64,000 nucleotides of DNA from Mobula hypostoma (Eukaryota), in assembly GCF_963921235.1 (NCBI RefSeq), contig NC_086118.1, positions 18,416,001 to 18,480,000 on the forward strand, in the 5' to 3' direction. Within the stretch, counting starts at the first letter, position 1. The number at the start of each line of letters is the position of its first letter. The notes beneath the pieces are model-generated. The model saw only the letters and a list, made by a program, of their open reading frames with translations, made no database searches and was not told the DNA's origin. Below are positions 51,060-63,603 of this stretch, one piece after another. Both the position numbers and the translations under genes were made by a program.

Positions 51060-51600
51060 GTCACACATGACTGCATGGCCAACCACCCGGGTAATCACAT
51101 TGTCAAGTTCGCTGATGACACAACAGTGGTTGGGCTCATCACTAACAATGATGAGACAGCCTACAGAAAGGAGGAGGAAGAGCTCGAGACCTGCTGCCAG
51201 GCAAATAACCTCTTCATCAACATCAACAAGACAAAGGAGACAACTATCAAGTTCAAGAGGACTCGTGCTGCTCACACCCTTCTTTACATCGGCAGCAGAG
51301 CTGTGGAAACTGTGAGCCGTTCCCATCTCCTGGGAGTGCCTATCTCACACAACCTCTCATAGTCCCAGAACATGTCAACCACAATCAGAAAAACTGACTA
51401 ATGCCTCTACACTCCAAGGAGGCTGCAGAGAGCTGGACAATGTACATTTGTATTCATGCCATTCTACAGATATGCAGTAGAGATCATCCTAACAAGCAAC
51501 TTCATTGGTCGGTACAGAAACTGCATTGTTTTGGACAGGAAGGCCCTAAACAGGTAGTCAAAACTGCCCGAAGCATCCCCAGCTCCAGCCTACACATCAT
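51060..51600 (+). mobile_element. Rex1/Babar-type LINE RT fragment
   Basis: NHIVKFADDTTVVGLITNNDETAYRKE...NINKTKE. Confidence 0.82.
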
Positions 51601-51602
51601 TT

Positions 51603-52037
51603 TCTGAACTCAATCCGACAGAAAATTTTTGGGCAGAACTGAAGAAGCGTGTGCGAGCAAGGAGGCCTACAAACCTGACTCAGTTACACCAGTTCTGTCT
51701 GGAGGAATGGAACAAAATTACAGCAAATTACTGTGAGAAGCTTGTGGAAAGCTAGCCAAAACGTTTGACCCAAGTTAAACAATTTAAAGGCAATGATACC
51801 AAATACTAACAAAGTGCATGTAAACTTCTGACACACTGGGAAAGTGGTGAAAGAAATAAAAGCTGAAATAAATCATTCTCTCTACTATTATTCTGACATT
51901 CCACATTCTTAAAATAAAGTAGTGATCCTAACTGACCTAAGACAGGGAATGTTTTCTAGGATTAAATGTCAGGATTTATGAAAAACTGAGTTTAAATGTA
52001 CTTGGCTAAGGTGTATGTAAACTTCTGACTTCAACTG
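51603..52037 (+). mobile_element. Tc1/mariner IR-DR transposon right end (Sleeping Beauty/salmonid-subfamily-like)
   Basis: 51603-51809 translates SELNPTENFWAELKKRVRARRPTNLTQLHQFCLEEWNKITANYCEKLVES*PKRLTQVKQFKGNDTKY*. A ~228-bp terminal repeat follows, with inner DR atgtaaacttctgacacactg and outer DR gtatgtaaacttctgacttcaactg. Confidence 0.92.
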
Positions 52038-52039
52038 TT

Positions 52040-52500
52040 TGTCACCACTTTGTTTTCTTGAAGGCATTCACAGCAGAACAAAAAAGTACAATAGAATCAA
52101 TGAAAATCTACACACACAAAGCCTGACAAACAACCAATGTGCAAAAGAAGAGAAACTGTGCAAATAGAATAAATAGGTAAATAATTAATACATGAGTTGC
52201 AGAGTCCTTGAAAGTGTGCTGATAGCTTAGGGAATCAGTTCAGTGTTGAGGTGAGTGAACTTATACATGCTGATTCAGAAGGTTGAAGGGTAGTAACTGT
52301 TGCTGAACCTGGTGGTGTGGGACTCAAGGCTCATGTGTCTCCTTCCCGATGGCAGCCCTGAGAAGGGAGCATGGCCTGGATGGTGGGATCCATGATGATG
52401 GATAGAGCTTTCTATGGCCGTGCTCCTTCTAGACGTACTTAATGATGGGGAAGGGCTTTCTTGAGATGGACTGGGATGTGTCCACTACTTTTTGTAGTTT
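52040..52500 (-). mobile_element. Rex1/Babar-type LINE 3' fragment
   Basis: Similar to 44255-44760 (caatagaatcaatgaaaa...ctgaacctggtggtgtgggac). Confidence 0.7.
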
Positions 52501-55169
52501 GTGATTTAAATGATCGATTCATGTCCTTACAATCAAAGAAATCATTGAATCATTGAAAATTGCAGCGCTGGAGAAGACTATTTAGCCCATCATATAAACG
52601 CCAAACAAGAAAAACTAATTTGGATTAATCCTCTCAGTCTGATGCCTTGTAGGTGATGTCTCATTACATTCCTAGCTATAATCCGGTTAAATGTGATCAG
52701 AGTTTTCATTTCATCACAATTCCAATTAGTAAATACTTCCATCGCATCTTCAAATTATTTCATCTCCCCTGACATCTTGTGCTCCATAGGAGATAGCTGA
52801 TGCCAAACAAATCTTGCCACGTAACTGAAACCCTTTGGTCTTGGCAACTCAGCTAGTGATCTCCTATATTTGTCTGATTCATCTCACTATTGGCAGCAGA
52901 GCCTTCAAACATTGAATCAGAGAGTTTTGAACTTTCCATTCCTTCCTCTTACTCTGGTTGAAACGTTCCTCCCTGCTGCTTTTTTATCTACACAAGATCA
53001 TCATGGGAGAGATATGCTATTGATGGGAATGATTTGCTGCCGCGTCACTACAGGACAATATCATTAACTTTCCAGCCACGATCCAGACAGGGCAGAGCTC
53101 TCAATTTTTCTTTCTGTAGTCTTTCAAAACCAAAGCTTCATATCTAGGTTCAATTTTATTTAGCACACGTACATTGAAACATACAGTAAAATGTGCCATT
53201 AGTGTTAACAACCACCACACCTGATGGTGTGCTGGAGACAGCTCACAAGAATTGCCATGCATTCCGCTGTCAGCAGAGCGTGCCCACCTTGCACAGCAGA
53301 GCAGCGCAGAATACAACAAGTGGCAAAACAGCATTATTTGCCTAAACAGACTTTTCCAAATACATAACAGTGAATTTATTTATTATTGTCACATGTACCG
53401 AGTTAGAGTGAAAAACTTGTCAGACAGATTCAATTCGTTACAACAGTGCAGAGATGGTACCAGGTAAAACAAAAATAGCAAAATGCAGAATGAGGTGTTA
53501 CAGTTATAGAGAAAGTCTGGTGCAGGCCGATAATAAGGTGCAAAGTTAAAGCTGGATCTTGCTCTTTCCGCTAATTTTTTTCCAAGGAATAGCTTTGTGT
53601 CTGAGGACAAGAACTCATAAAGTACAGTAAAATCTGTACATATCAGAATAGAGAATAAACATTTTTTGACTGCTAGCAGCTGAATTTCATGTGATAGAGA
53701 TTTTTAGGTTTCTCCCGGTGACATGATTAATTTAAATGTTGACCTCACTAGTAAAGTGAGAAAATGCTGCACTTTCAATAAAATTTCACTGACTTGTGAG
53801 TAACATATTTTGGTCTTTCACACCTCCTTCTTTTCTTTTTTTATACCTTACCTTCCTATTCCATTTTTCTACGCAGCATTTTTTTGTCCATCCATGTGTG
53901 TTTATTAAACTGATCCGGTGTCAAATAGCACTCAGAGGCCATGATAGAGGTGTGAAAGATGAGAAATTGGGAATGCATTTCTAAGATGAGCAGTTAGAGA
54001 TATCACTGAACAAACAGATTATTACACTTCATTTTAACTACTTGTTGGACTCCACATCAATGTCAAAGTGGCCTAGTAGTCATCAACTTGCACTCATCCT
54101 ATCAACAAGAGCTGATTGCTGAAGTTGTTGCAAAGGATCCTTGGGCACCAGTTGAAAGAAATATCAGATGTTCTCTCTTTCTCTTATGACAACGTTTGGT
54201 CCTTCAATTATCGATGCCTGTAGAATTTTGCTATGGATGTCATTCAATTAATCTTACAGGAGTGCAAAAAATGGGGAAAATCTATACACTGTAGTTGCTG
54301 GATGTCTAAAACAGAAGCAATAAATTACTAGAAATATTTAATAGGTCAGATAATAGCAATGGAAAGAATAAAACAGACTGAATATTGAAGCTGATGACTG
54401 TGTAGCTCATTGAGACAAAATCTTAATTTGGTTTCTCCCACTCAAGATATTAAATACCTTGAAAGGACTCTTTCACGATAGTGGATGTAATATTATTTTT
54501 CTTATATTAAAGGTCTCTTACAAATGCAGAGGAATTTGAAGAAAAATACTTGATGTTTTGTCTACTAATATCAAACTGCAATTTCCCTATTTTCAAATGA
54601 CATTAAGCCTTTTATTCAATTTACCAAAATGTGCATCAGCTATTTAAATCCAATATCATTACCATGGTGAAAAATACAAGAGAGTATTTGTTGTAAGAGA
54701 CAAACACAACCTCCCAGATAATATTGACTGATTATCCTATTTAATCAAAAATTGATTATGAAGAAATACAATTATAATCCATTTAAAATGTTAACTGCTG
54801 TACTTATTGGTTTATATCAGTTATATTTCTAAACAGCACCTTGCAGTTCCAGCCTGCAAATTTTCACTAGCCATCTCACAATTTTTGAAAAATTTGTTTT
54901 CTATGAGAGTTTACTCTGAAATGGAAACATCAACTACATCAAATTATTTAATTAGTCAAGACATTATCAGTTCACTTTCAGCCTTCCTTTTCTACAAAAA
55001 TGAGTCTCTATTAACTTGGAGGTAAAGTTCTATCAGTTCCAGTAATATCCTTCTGAATCCTTTCTGTAGATTCTCCATTTCCTTTTGATCTAATATAGAA
55101 AATGGAGACCAGAGAGTATATTATGTAATTGTGATCTGAATGGTTTCCTACAGGCTTAATAGCACAACC

Positions 55170-55442
55170 TCAGACAGAGTGACATCCATTTAGAACAGAG
55201 ATGAGGAGCAAGTTTCTTAGCCGGAAGGTAGTGAATCTGTGGAACTCGTTGCCACAGGCTGTGGATGCCAAGTTATTGAGTATATTTAAAGTGGAGGTTG
55301 ATAGGTTCAAGGCATCAAAGGATACAGGTATAAGGCTGGAGAATGGGGTTGCGCGGGATTATAAATCAGCTGTGATGAAATGGTAGAGCAGATGTGATAG
55401 GCTGAATGGTCTAATTATGCTCCTATAGTCTTAATATGGTCT
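55170..55442 (+). mobile_element. CR1 3' fragment
   Basis: FRTEMRSKFLSRKVVNLWNSLPQA. Confidence 0.72.
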
Positions 55443-56049
55443 CCTTATATTTCAGGTCTCTCTGGAAATGAATCACAATACAATCTTAATCATCCTGTAC
55501 AAAAATGGAACCAATGGCCTTCAAGCACACACTGACCAACAATCATGAATTTTCATTAATCCTGCACTAATCGTGTTTTATTTTTTGCACGTTCTCCTCA
55601 GCTCCTCAGAGATTCTAGCTTTCTACATATTAGGGGCAATGCCTGATGGCTAATTAAACAACCAAGTTGCAAGTGCTTCAGGATGTGGGAGAAAAATCAG
55701 ACAGTAACTCTCAAGGTCAAAGAGACAACATGCAAACTCCGTACGGACAGAGGCCGGGATTGAATCTGAGTTGTTGGAGCTATGAGGCATCAGTTCTGAT
55801 TTCTGTGCCACCACACTGCTTCGAAAGTAAATTTTTTGATTTTTTTCAGAGGGCTATTGATCTGTGCTGCGGCTTCCTTGTTTATGAATTAATTCATACA
55901 GATCGTTTTGCTCCTTATTTGAAATATTATTTCTGAAGGAGCTGTGTGGCATCCTGCAATTTCTGTCCAAAACAGAGATGGAGAAAGAAACTCCCATTCT
56001 GCAATTTCTTAGGCAAATTTGACTGTTTGACTGTTGATGATTCAGACAA

Positions 56050-56985
56050 AAGTCAAGTCCAAGTCATCAAGTCACATTTTATTGTCATTTCGACCATAAA
56101 CTGCTGGTACGGTAAACAGTAAAAACGAAACCACATTCCTCCAGGACTATGGTGCTACATGAAACAACACAAAACTACACTGGACTAAGTGAGACAATAC
56201 AAGGCTACACTAGACTATGCAAGACAACACAAAAACTACACTAGACGACAGACCTACACAGGACTACATAAAGTGCACAGAACAGTGCAGGGCAGTACAA
56301 TAAATAATAAACAAGACAATAGGCACAGTAGAGGAAAAATTACAATATAATGATAAACGATGTAGATGTCAGTCTAGACTATGGGTATTAAGGAGTCTGA
56401 TGACTTGGGGGAAGAAACTGTTGCACAGCCTCGTCATGAGAGCCTGAATGCTTCAGTACCTTTTGCCAGATGGCAGGAGGGAGAAGAGTTTTTATAAGGG
56501 TATGAGGGGTGTGTGGGGTCCTTCACAATGCTGTTGGCTTTACGGGTGCAGCGTGTGGTGTAAATGTCTGTAATGGTGGGAAGAGAGACCCCGGTGATCT
56601 TCTCAGCTGACCCCACTATCTGCTGCAGGGTCTTGCGATCCAAGACGGTGCAATTCCCGAACCAGGCAGTGATGCAGCTGCTCAGGATGTTCTCGATACA
56701 TCCTCTGTAGAATGTGGTGAGGATGGGGGGTAGGAGATCGACTTTTCTCATCCTTCTCAGAAAGTAGAGATGCTGCTATGCTTTCTTGGCTATGGAGCTG
56801 GTGTTGAGGGACCAGGTGAGATTCTCTGCCAGGTGAACACCAAGAAATTTGGTGCTCTTGACGATCTCTACGGAGGAGCCGTCAATGTTCAGCGGAGAGT
56901 GGTCGCTCTGTGCTCTCCTGAAGTCAACAACCATCTCTTTTGTTTTGTTCCCATTCAGAGACAGGTTGTTGGCTCTGCACCCACT
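56050..56985 (-). mobile_element. Rex1/Babar-type LINE 3' fragment, same family as 11945-12513
   Basis: NKTKEMVVDFRR...KFLGVHL...[20 protein letters not shown]; tail aagtcaagtc. Confidence 0.88.
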
Positions 56986-57314
56986 GATAAAGTCACTGTG
57001 CAATTTCCATATTAGAATGGATAAAAAAGTATGAGGCTTCAGATTTATCTCTAATGTCTCCTATTTGGCCCATCATGTCAATGCTAGATTTCAGAGCATT
57101 CCCATCAGTCCCACTCAGCATTGTACTTCCCTGTAACCAATTCTCTTTCACATGCTTATCAACTCTCCCTCAATTCAAACAATATAGACACATAATTTAA
57201 CATGCAAAGAGCTTACAGTGTAAGGACACCAACTCTTACTGTGCCTCTAGAACAGCCTACAGTTAATATAGTTGCAACAACATTCAGGACAGTTATTCAC
57301 ATGACACATTTCTT

Positions 57315-57893
57315 AGAAACATGGAAACAAAGAAAGTCTACAGCACATTATAGCCCCTTTGGCTCACAATGTTGTGCCAATCATGTAACCTACTCTAGAA
57401 GCTGCCTAGAACTTCCCACCACATAGCCCTCTATTTTTTAAGCTCTATGTATCTATCTAAGAGTCTCTTAAAAGAACCTATTGTATCCACCTCTACCACC
57501 TTCGCTGGCGGTGCATTCCACACACCCACAACTCTCTGTGTGGAAAACTTACCCCTGACATACCCCTTGTACTTACTTCCAAGCATCTTAAAACTATGCC
57601 CCCTCATGTTAACCATTTCAGCCCTGGGAAAAAGGTCTCTGGCTATCCACATGATCAATGCCTCTCATCATCTTATACACCTCTATCAGGTCACCTCTTA
57701 TACTCGGTCGCTCCAAGAATAAAAGGCCAAGTTCACTCAACCTATTCTCGTAAGGCATGCTCACCAATCCAGGTAACAACCTTGTGAATCTCTTCTTCAC
57801 TCTCTCTATGGTATCCACATCCTTCCTCTAATGAAGTGACCAGAACTGAACACAGTACTCCAAATGGGGTCGAACTAAGATCTTGTATAGCTG
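57315..57893 (-). mobile_element. CR1 3' fragment, same subfamily as 14928-15625
   Basis: TIERVKKRFTRLLPG...RGDLIEVYK...RGHSFK. Confidence 0.85.
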
Positions 57894-58221
57894 TGTGGTA
57901 TAGCTTAGAATGGAACAGCCTTTAAAAAACTTTGGTTGCATGAGGCTGTTCTCTGAAATCCCTTGTTTACTAATGAAAACAAAATTAAAACAAAACTATC
58001 CTTTCTCTAGGTCTTTGCTTTGACATAAAGGCTTCTAGATACGTGGATAAAAGACCGCCTATCTGTATCTAGGTGATAGTTCTTGAAGGATATGCTGGTA
58101 AGTTGTGTTATTTAAGCCTAGCAGTGTTTTTTCTGTGCTTCTGTCAAGCAAACTTCTTGGGTTATATTCCTGAGTTGATGCCTCTTGGGTGTGAAATATA
58201 TTGACTCTCCACTGCCTTCTG

Positions 58222-58440
58222 TCATAAGGCCATAAGACCATAAGACATAGGAGCATGATTAGGTTATTTGGCCCATTGAGTCCGTCTCACCATTCAATTG
58301 ACTGATTCGTTATCCCTCTTAAACCCGTACTCCTGCCTTCTCCCCATAACCTTTGACACCTTTACTAATCAAGAATCTTATCAACTTCCACTTTAAGTAT
58401 ACACAATGACTTAGCCTCTTCAGCTGTCTGTAGCAATGAT
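58222..58440 (-). mobile_element. CR1 3' end with (CATAAGAC)n tail
   Basis: cataaggccataagaccataagacataggagc...ctcctgccttctccccataacc. Confidence 0.72.
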
Positions 58441-59742
58441 TGTGTCGACTGAATTACGTAGACAATGATTATGTATTATGTAGACTTCATCCTCAGTGAC
58501 TCTCCAACTTTTGATGATGGCACTTTTGTTGTGGTCATGTTCCTGTCTTCCTTTTGTCATCCGCAGTTATTTTTCTGCATTTCCTTGTATTTCTGGTGTT
58601 GTAGTGGAGTTCTGTTCTGTCTTCTCTGCATGTGACTGTTTGTTATTTCCTGGATTAGGGCATTCTGAAAAGTGAGGATGTTCAAGTAGGAATATGCCTG
58701 TATGATTTAACTTTCTTGAATTTATCCACTTTCACAGCACTCTGCTTTCTTTTAATTATTTGTGGGAATGAGGTGATATAGTCTAGTGATCAAACTGTCC
58801 AAACTTGTAAAATTATTTGAATTGAACTCTACCCGCAACCAATACCATATCTTACAAACCTGTCCTCTGAGTTTGTTAATGAGTGCTTTATTAAGAAATC
58901 TGTTTTCCACAAATCTAACAAAATCAAGAGATTCACTTTCCCATCCAGGAAAATAGACCTAACTCGACTTCAAGCCTGGGTCAGATCAAACAGGCAGTTA
59001 ACTACTAGTGAGGCTAATAATCTCAGGTGATGAGAATAACAGATGTAAGAGAGAAACATACTCTGCTGCCCACAAACACCTTAACCCTCTATTAAACCCT
59101 TCTCTTTGGTTATTTCCATTCTAGAGGTCTGTACTTTTGCACAAGAACTCTGATCTTCCTGTCCATCTCTGACTAGTATATATTTTCTCTCACCTTTGCA
59201 AAAGTAGACAATTTTTCTCTCCAAGAACTAAGCGTATTTTAACTTGACCACTCCTTTATAACTCAGGATCAATAACTGAAGACCCATGACCTGGAGTCCC
59301 TAGTTTATCTTGCATATGGAATATAGTCTGGGGAAAGGTTTAGCATGAAGTTTTTTCTTCATAATGTCTGAAACAATCACTTCAAGAGCTGAAATGTATT
59401 GTCTTGTCTGCTAGCTCCCTCGATCTCAGTGGCTGAGAGATTGAGATATGTCTTACCCCTTCATCCCAGACTCAGTATCTTCTACATTGCTTGCCCCTTT
59501 GAGATACGGTATACTCAGCTTTAAATATACTCAGTATATCTCAGTATGGCAGTGAGACCTGGAGCCTGTACTACAGACAAGAGCGGCATCTCAACGCCTT
59601 CCACCTTCGCAGCCTGAGACGCATCCTGGACATCACGTGGACTGACCGAGTCACCAACAATGAGGTCCTGGCCCGCGCCAAGATACCCAGCCTCTTCACC
59701 CTGCTCCGACAACACCGTCTCCACTGGCTGGGCCATGTACAC

Positions 59743-60958
59743 CAGGTGTCCCCAACCTTTTTCACACTGCAGACCGGTTTAATATTGCCAATATTCTTGT
59801 GGACCGGCCGATGGGGCGGGCGGGGGGGGGCGGTGGTAAGGGTTGCCAACGGCCAAGAGTAGCAGTCAAACACGTTGAGTTTAGCCCGAGAAAGACTACA
59901 ATGACCATGAAGCCCTGTACGGGCACCAGTGCATATGCGTGTCCTGCCAATATTTTTTCCCTCCTTTTACAAATTGTTTTCGGCGATTCTGTTCGGGGGG
60001 GGGGTGTTAATCACGACCGGAATATAGGTGATAAGTGGATAATACACTCAATTTTGTCTCTAAAAGGGTTTATCTAACGAATTTAATATTAAACACACAG
60101 CGCATATTTTCCTCGCATGAATATAGTGATAAGTCAATTATCAGGGGAGGACAGGGGAGCTTGAAGTAAGTGTTGAACGAACTTCCAGTAGGAGTGGTAG
60201 AGGCATGTTCGATATTATCATTTAAAGAAAAATTGGATAGGTATATGGACAGGAAAGGAATGGAGGGTTATGGGCTGAGTGCAGGTCTGTGGGTCGAGGT
60301 GAGAGTAGCGTTCGGCACGGACGAGAAGGGCAGAGATCGCCTGTTTCCGTGCTGTAATTACTATATGGTTATATAAGTCAATAGCATCATAACATTTTAA
60401 GTAACATTTGGATATTAAACACACAGCACATATTTTCCCCGTATGAACATATAAAATCATTGCAACACACCAATATCGCTGAATTAGTGGGAGCCCCGGG
60501 CTTGTTTTCCTGTAACAAGACAGTCCCATCGAGGGGTGATTGGAGACTGTGATACTCGAAGGGGGTTCCTTATGTCCAGTCTATTCTGCAATTTAGTTTT
60601 AGTTGCATTCAATGCAGAAAAATGTTGGAAATGAAAGCAACGTTTTCAGTGCTTTCGTGGCTACCTCAGGATATTTAGCCTTGGCTTTGATCCAGAATGC
60701 CAGCAGAGATGTTATGTCACACATACTTTTCAGCCCGCCATCATTTGCAAGCTCGAGGAGTTGATCTCCTTCCCGCGCTGACATGGATGACGCGTGCGTA
60801 ATGACCTCGCGTGTGTTCAAGCTCAACAGTGGGCGTGACAGGGAATGAGGAAAGGTGCAGCTGCATCATATCACCAAATCATGTCGTTTCCTCGCGGCCC
60901 GGTAGCGCATGCTTTGCGGCCCGGCACGAGTCCGTGGCTCGGTGGTTGGGGACCACTG
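59743..60958. mobile_element. Non-autonomous Charlie/Buster-like hAT transposon
   Basis: TIRs CAGGTGTCCCCAACC / GGTTGGGGACCACTG; perfect 8-bp TSD ATGTACAC (59735-59742, 60959-60966); minus-strand transposase remnant DQLLELANDGGLK...AFWIKAKAKYPEVATKALKTLLSFPT at ~60625-60770. Confidence 0.92.
60139..60372 (+). mobile_element. CR1 3' end nested inside the hAT element
   Basis: Homologous to the reverse complement of 36690-36895; flanked by ATAAGTCAAT at 60129-60138 and 60373-60382. Confidence 0.8.
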
Positions 60959-61489
60959 ATGTACACTGCATGTCAGATGGGAGGATCCCGAAAGACCTGC
61001 TATATGGGGAACTGGCCTCTGGCAAGAGAGCACAAGGGCGGCCCCATCTTTGTTTCAAAGAAGTTTGCAAGAGAGACATGACGTCACTGAAAATGAACGT
61101 CGAAAGGTGGGAAGACATCGCAAGCGATCGCTCTCACTGGAGGCTGGAACTACGCAGTGGTCTAAAAAAGAGGAGAAGAGAAGCTGAGGCTTGCTGCTTA
61201 AGAAAAGCGCACTCGTCGGAAGAACAGCACCAAGACAACACTGGAGGACAGTGCCTTCAAGTGCAGTCAATGCAGCCGAGACTGTCACTCCCATGTGGGA
61301 CTCTACAGCCACAACAGACGCTGCCCTAATGCAGACTGAAGCAAGACTTTCCAGGCACAGATCCATGGTCGCGGGAGACTAACGGATGCCACCACCAGCA
61401 CCATATCTAATTGCAAGTCTTGTCCTGAAGAATATCAAATATTAACAATGTATGCTTGTACTGTTACAAGTGTTTCAAGTGCAGCAGGG

Positions 61490-61665
61490 ATTTCAAGTGA
61501 AAGCAGAAAAGACTGGAAATATTCAGCAAGTCAGGCAGTATCTGTGGGAAGAGCAATGGAAAACGTTAACAGTTTCTCTTTCCACAATGCTGCCTCGCCT
61601 GCTGAGTGTTTTCTGTACTTTCTGTTTTTACAGGTTCAGATTTCCGGCATCTACCGCTTTCTGAT
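61490..61665. mobile_element. Old miniature inverted PLE-derived element
   Basis: ggaaatattcagcaagtcaggcagtatctgtgg ... atgctgcctcgcctgctgagtgttttc inverted arms plus the tail gatttccggcatct. Confidence 0.55.
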
Positions 61666-62499
61666 TTTCATGATCTCATTCGGTATGTGATTACTGTGTA
61701 GATAGGATTTTTCCTAGATGTGTGTTTGGGAATCCTTTCCGAACAAAAATTATAGTAAGTGGCTTCTTTTCAGTTTGTGCATCTGCATACTGTCATCTGG
61801 TCCTCCTGTAAGATCGTTGCTGAAAAGCCAATTTCTGAGACATCGCACTATAACATGTACTTTTAATCTTTGAACCCTCCTTTTATCAAAGCATCGCAAT
61901 ATGAGGTCATTGACTGTAACCTTCATTATTTTGAGCTCTTCATTTCACATCCATACCAGTCAACTGTATGAGTGGCTCACATATCTCACTTCATGACAAA
62001 CCACAGAAGTGTTGAACTCTTACAGCATATTGCCGGGCTTGGCTTCATCTCTACACCAGGCCTTTTCCTGAATCAGACTTTAGACCATCCTTGGCAATCA
62101 AGTGACACAGGAAAAATACTTCCTTTAGTTTGAACTTCATCTTTTACTCATTCATCTTTAGTTGCTTCCCCTGAACTTGATAATAAGGACACCTGGCTTT
62201 TGACCAGGCTCTAACACCTCTCCTGTTATTTTCTCCTTCTCCTACAATGATCTTTACCCAAAAAGGACGCTTAAGTATCCAGACCAATTCTTCTGGGTAA
62301 CTTATGGTTCTTTGGGTTCATCATCATCAGAGAGCATCTACCTGATGGCCTTGATGTAGTCTTCTTTTAAATTTGCGCACAGGTCTCATTGGATTTAGCT
62401 AGGTGCCTTGAAATTGCCTGTCGGTTCCAAATTAAGTTGATTAGCCTTTCCTGGTTCAACCAAGTAGATGCCATGATCAAGTAATCACACCAGAGGCTT

Positions 62500-63520
62500 G
62501 ACATCTTCAGGAGGCTAATGAAAATTGGTAGTCCTAGTCAACCCTCAATAATTTTTTTAATCGATGCACCATAGAAAGCATCCTCTTTAGATCTTGTTGC
62601 TTTCCCTGGGACTGCAAGAAACTGCAGAGAGTTGTGGACACAGCTTAGTACATTATAGAAACTAACCTCCCCGCAATGGACCCTCTATAATTATCACTAC
62701 CTCAGTAAAGTAGCCACCATAATCACAGATCCCGCACACTCCGGATTCTTCTCTTCTCCTTCCCCGCCATTCAGCAGAAGATACAAAAGTCTGAAAGTAA
62801 ATACCACTAGGATCAAGGGCAGCTTCTATCATACTGTTATAAGACTACGGAATGGTCTCCTAGTAGAATAAGCTGGACTCTTGACTTCAAAGTCTACCTC
62901 ATTATAGCCTTACACCTTATTGTCTGCCTGCACTGAATTTTCTCTGTAAAGGTTGATCTATACTTCTGCGTCAACTCGACGCCGTAACCTACGCAAGTGG
63001 CCTACGCGCATTGTGAGTATTTATACTTGTGCATTGGTGTGTCTGCATCGCTCTGCAATTTGGGCACATCGCGCATGCACACACACCTGCCCGCACAAGG
63101 CTTCACGGTCATGGTAGTCTTTCTCGGGGTAAACAAGTTTAAAGCGAGCGTCTTTTTTCGTAAAAGCGAAATGTGTCCTCCATAATTTCGGAGGTCTGTA
63201 AAGCTTTATGGAAAGCATTGCAGCCAGAGTTCCTTCCCTGCCCTTCAGTCACCCAATGGGCAGCTATTGCAACATAGGGGGAAATGCGATGCTACCAAGC
63301 GGACCAATCACAGTTGTTCGGTCTGCGTTGTCGCGACCCTTAGTTACATTTTGGGAGAGGTGCGCATCATGCTACGATGTAGGGATCCGCGTAGGTACTG
63401 CATAGGGTTCACGGCTACGCCGTACCTACGGTGTCGAGTTGATGCAGAAGTATAAATCAGCCTTAACAGTAACACTTCATTCTGTACTCTTTTATTTTCC
63501 CTTGTACTACCTCAATGAAT
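62500..63520 (+). mobile_element. Rex1/Babar-type LINE 3' fragment (host of the Harbinger MITE)
   Basis: gatgcaccatagaaagcatcc...aagaaactgcagagagttgtggacacagc; the tail tctctgTAA...cagtaacacttcattctg rejoins across the MITE. Confidence 0.65.
62950..63463. mobile_element. PIF/Harbinger-type MITE
   Basis: ~37-bp TIRs aggttgatctatacttctgcgtcaactcgacgccgta / tacggtgtcgagttgatgcagaagtataaatcagcct; TAA TSD at 62947-62949 and 63464-63466. Confidence 0.85.
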
Positions 63521-63603
63521 TGATCCACTTGACCCGAAACAGGAGTGTGTGGGCCATGGCAGTCAAAGCTCAAACTGGGCATGGCACCTGATGATGATGA
63601 TGA

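Larger units (their letters stand above)
59530..61402 (+). mobile_element. RTE-clade LINE 3' fragment split by a hAT insertion
   Basis: YGSETW...LNAFHLRSLRRILDITWTDRVTNNEVL...RLHWLGHV|HCMSDGRIPKDLLYGEL...GRP and zinc finger CSQCSRDCHSHVGLYSH. The frame rejoins across the TSD. Confidence 0.88.

Noticed and set aside
60599..60826. Domesticated hAT-derived (ZBED/SCAND3-like) gene
   Set aside because: Only a ~50-aa C-terminal remnant lying between TIRs with a TSD; it is part of a non-autonomous transposon.
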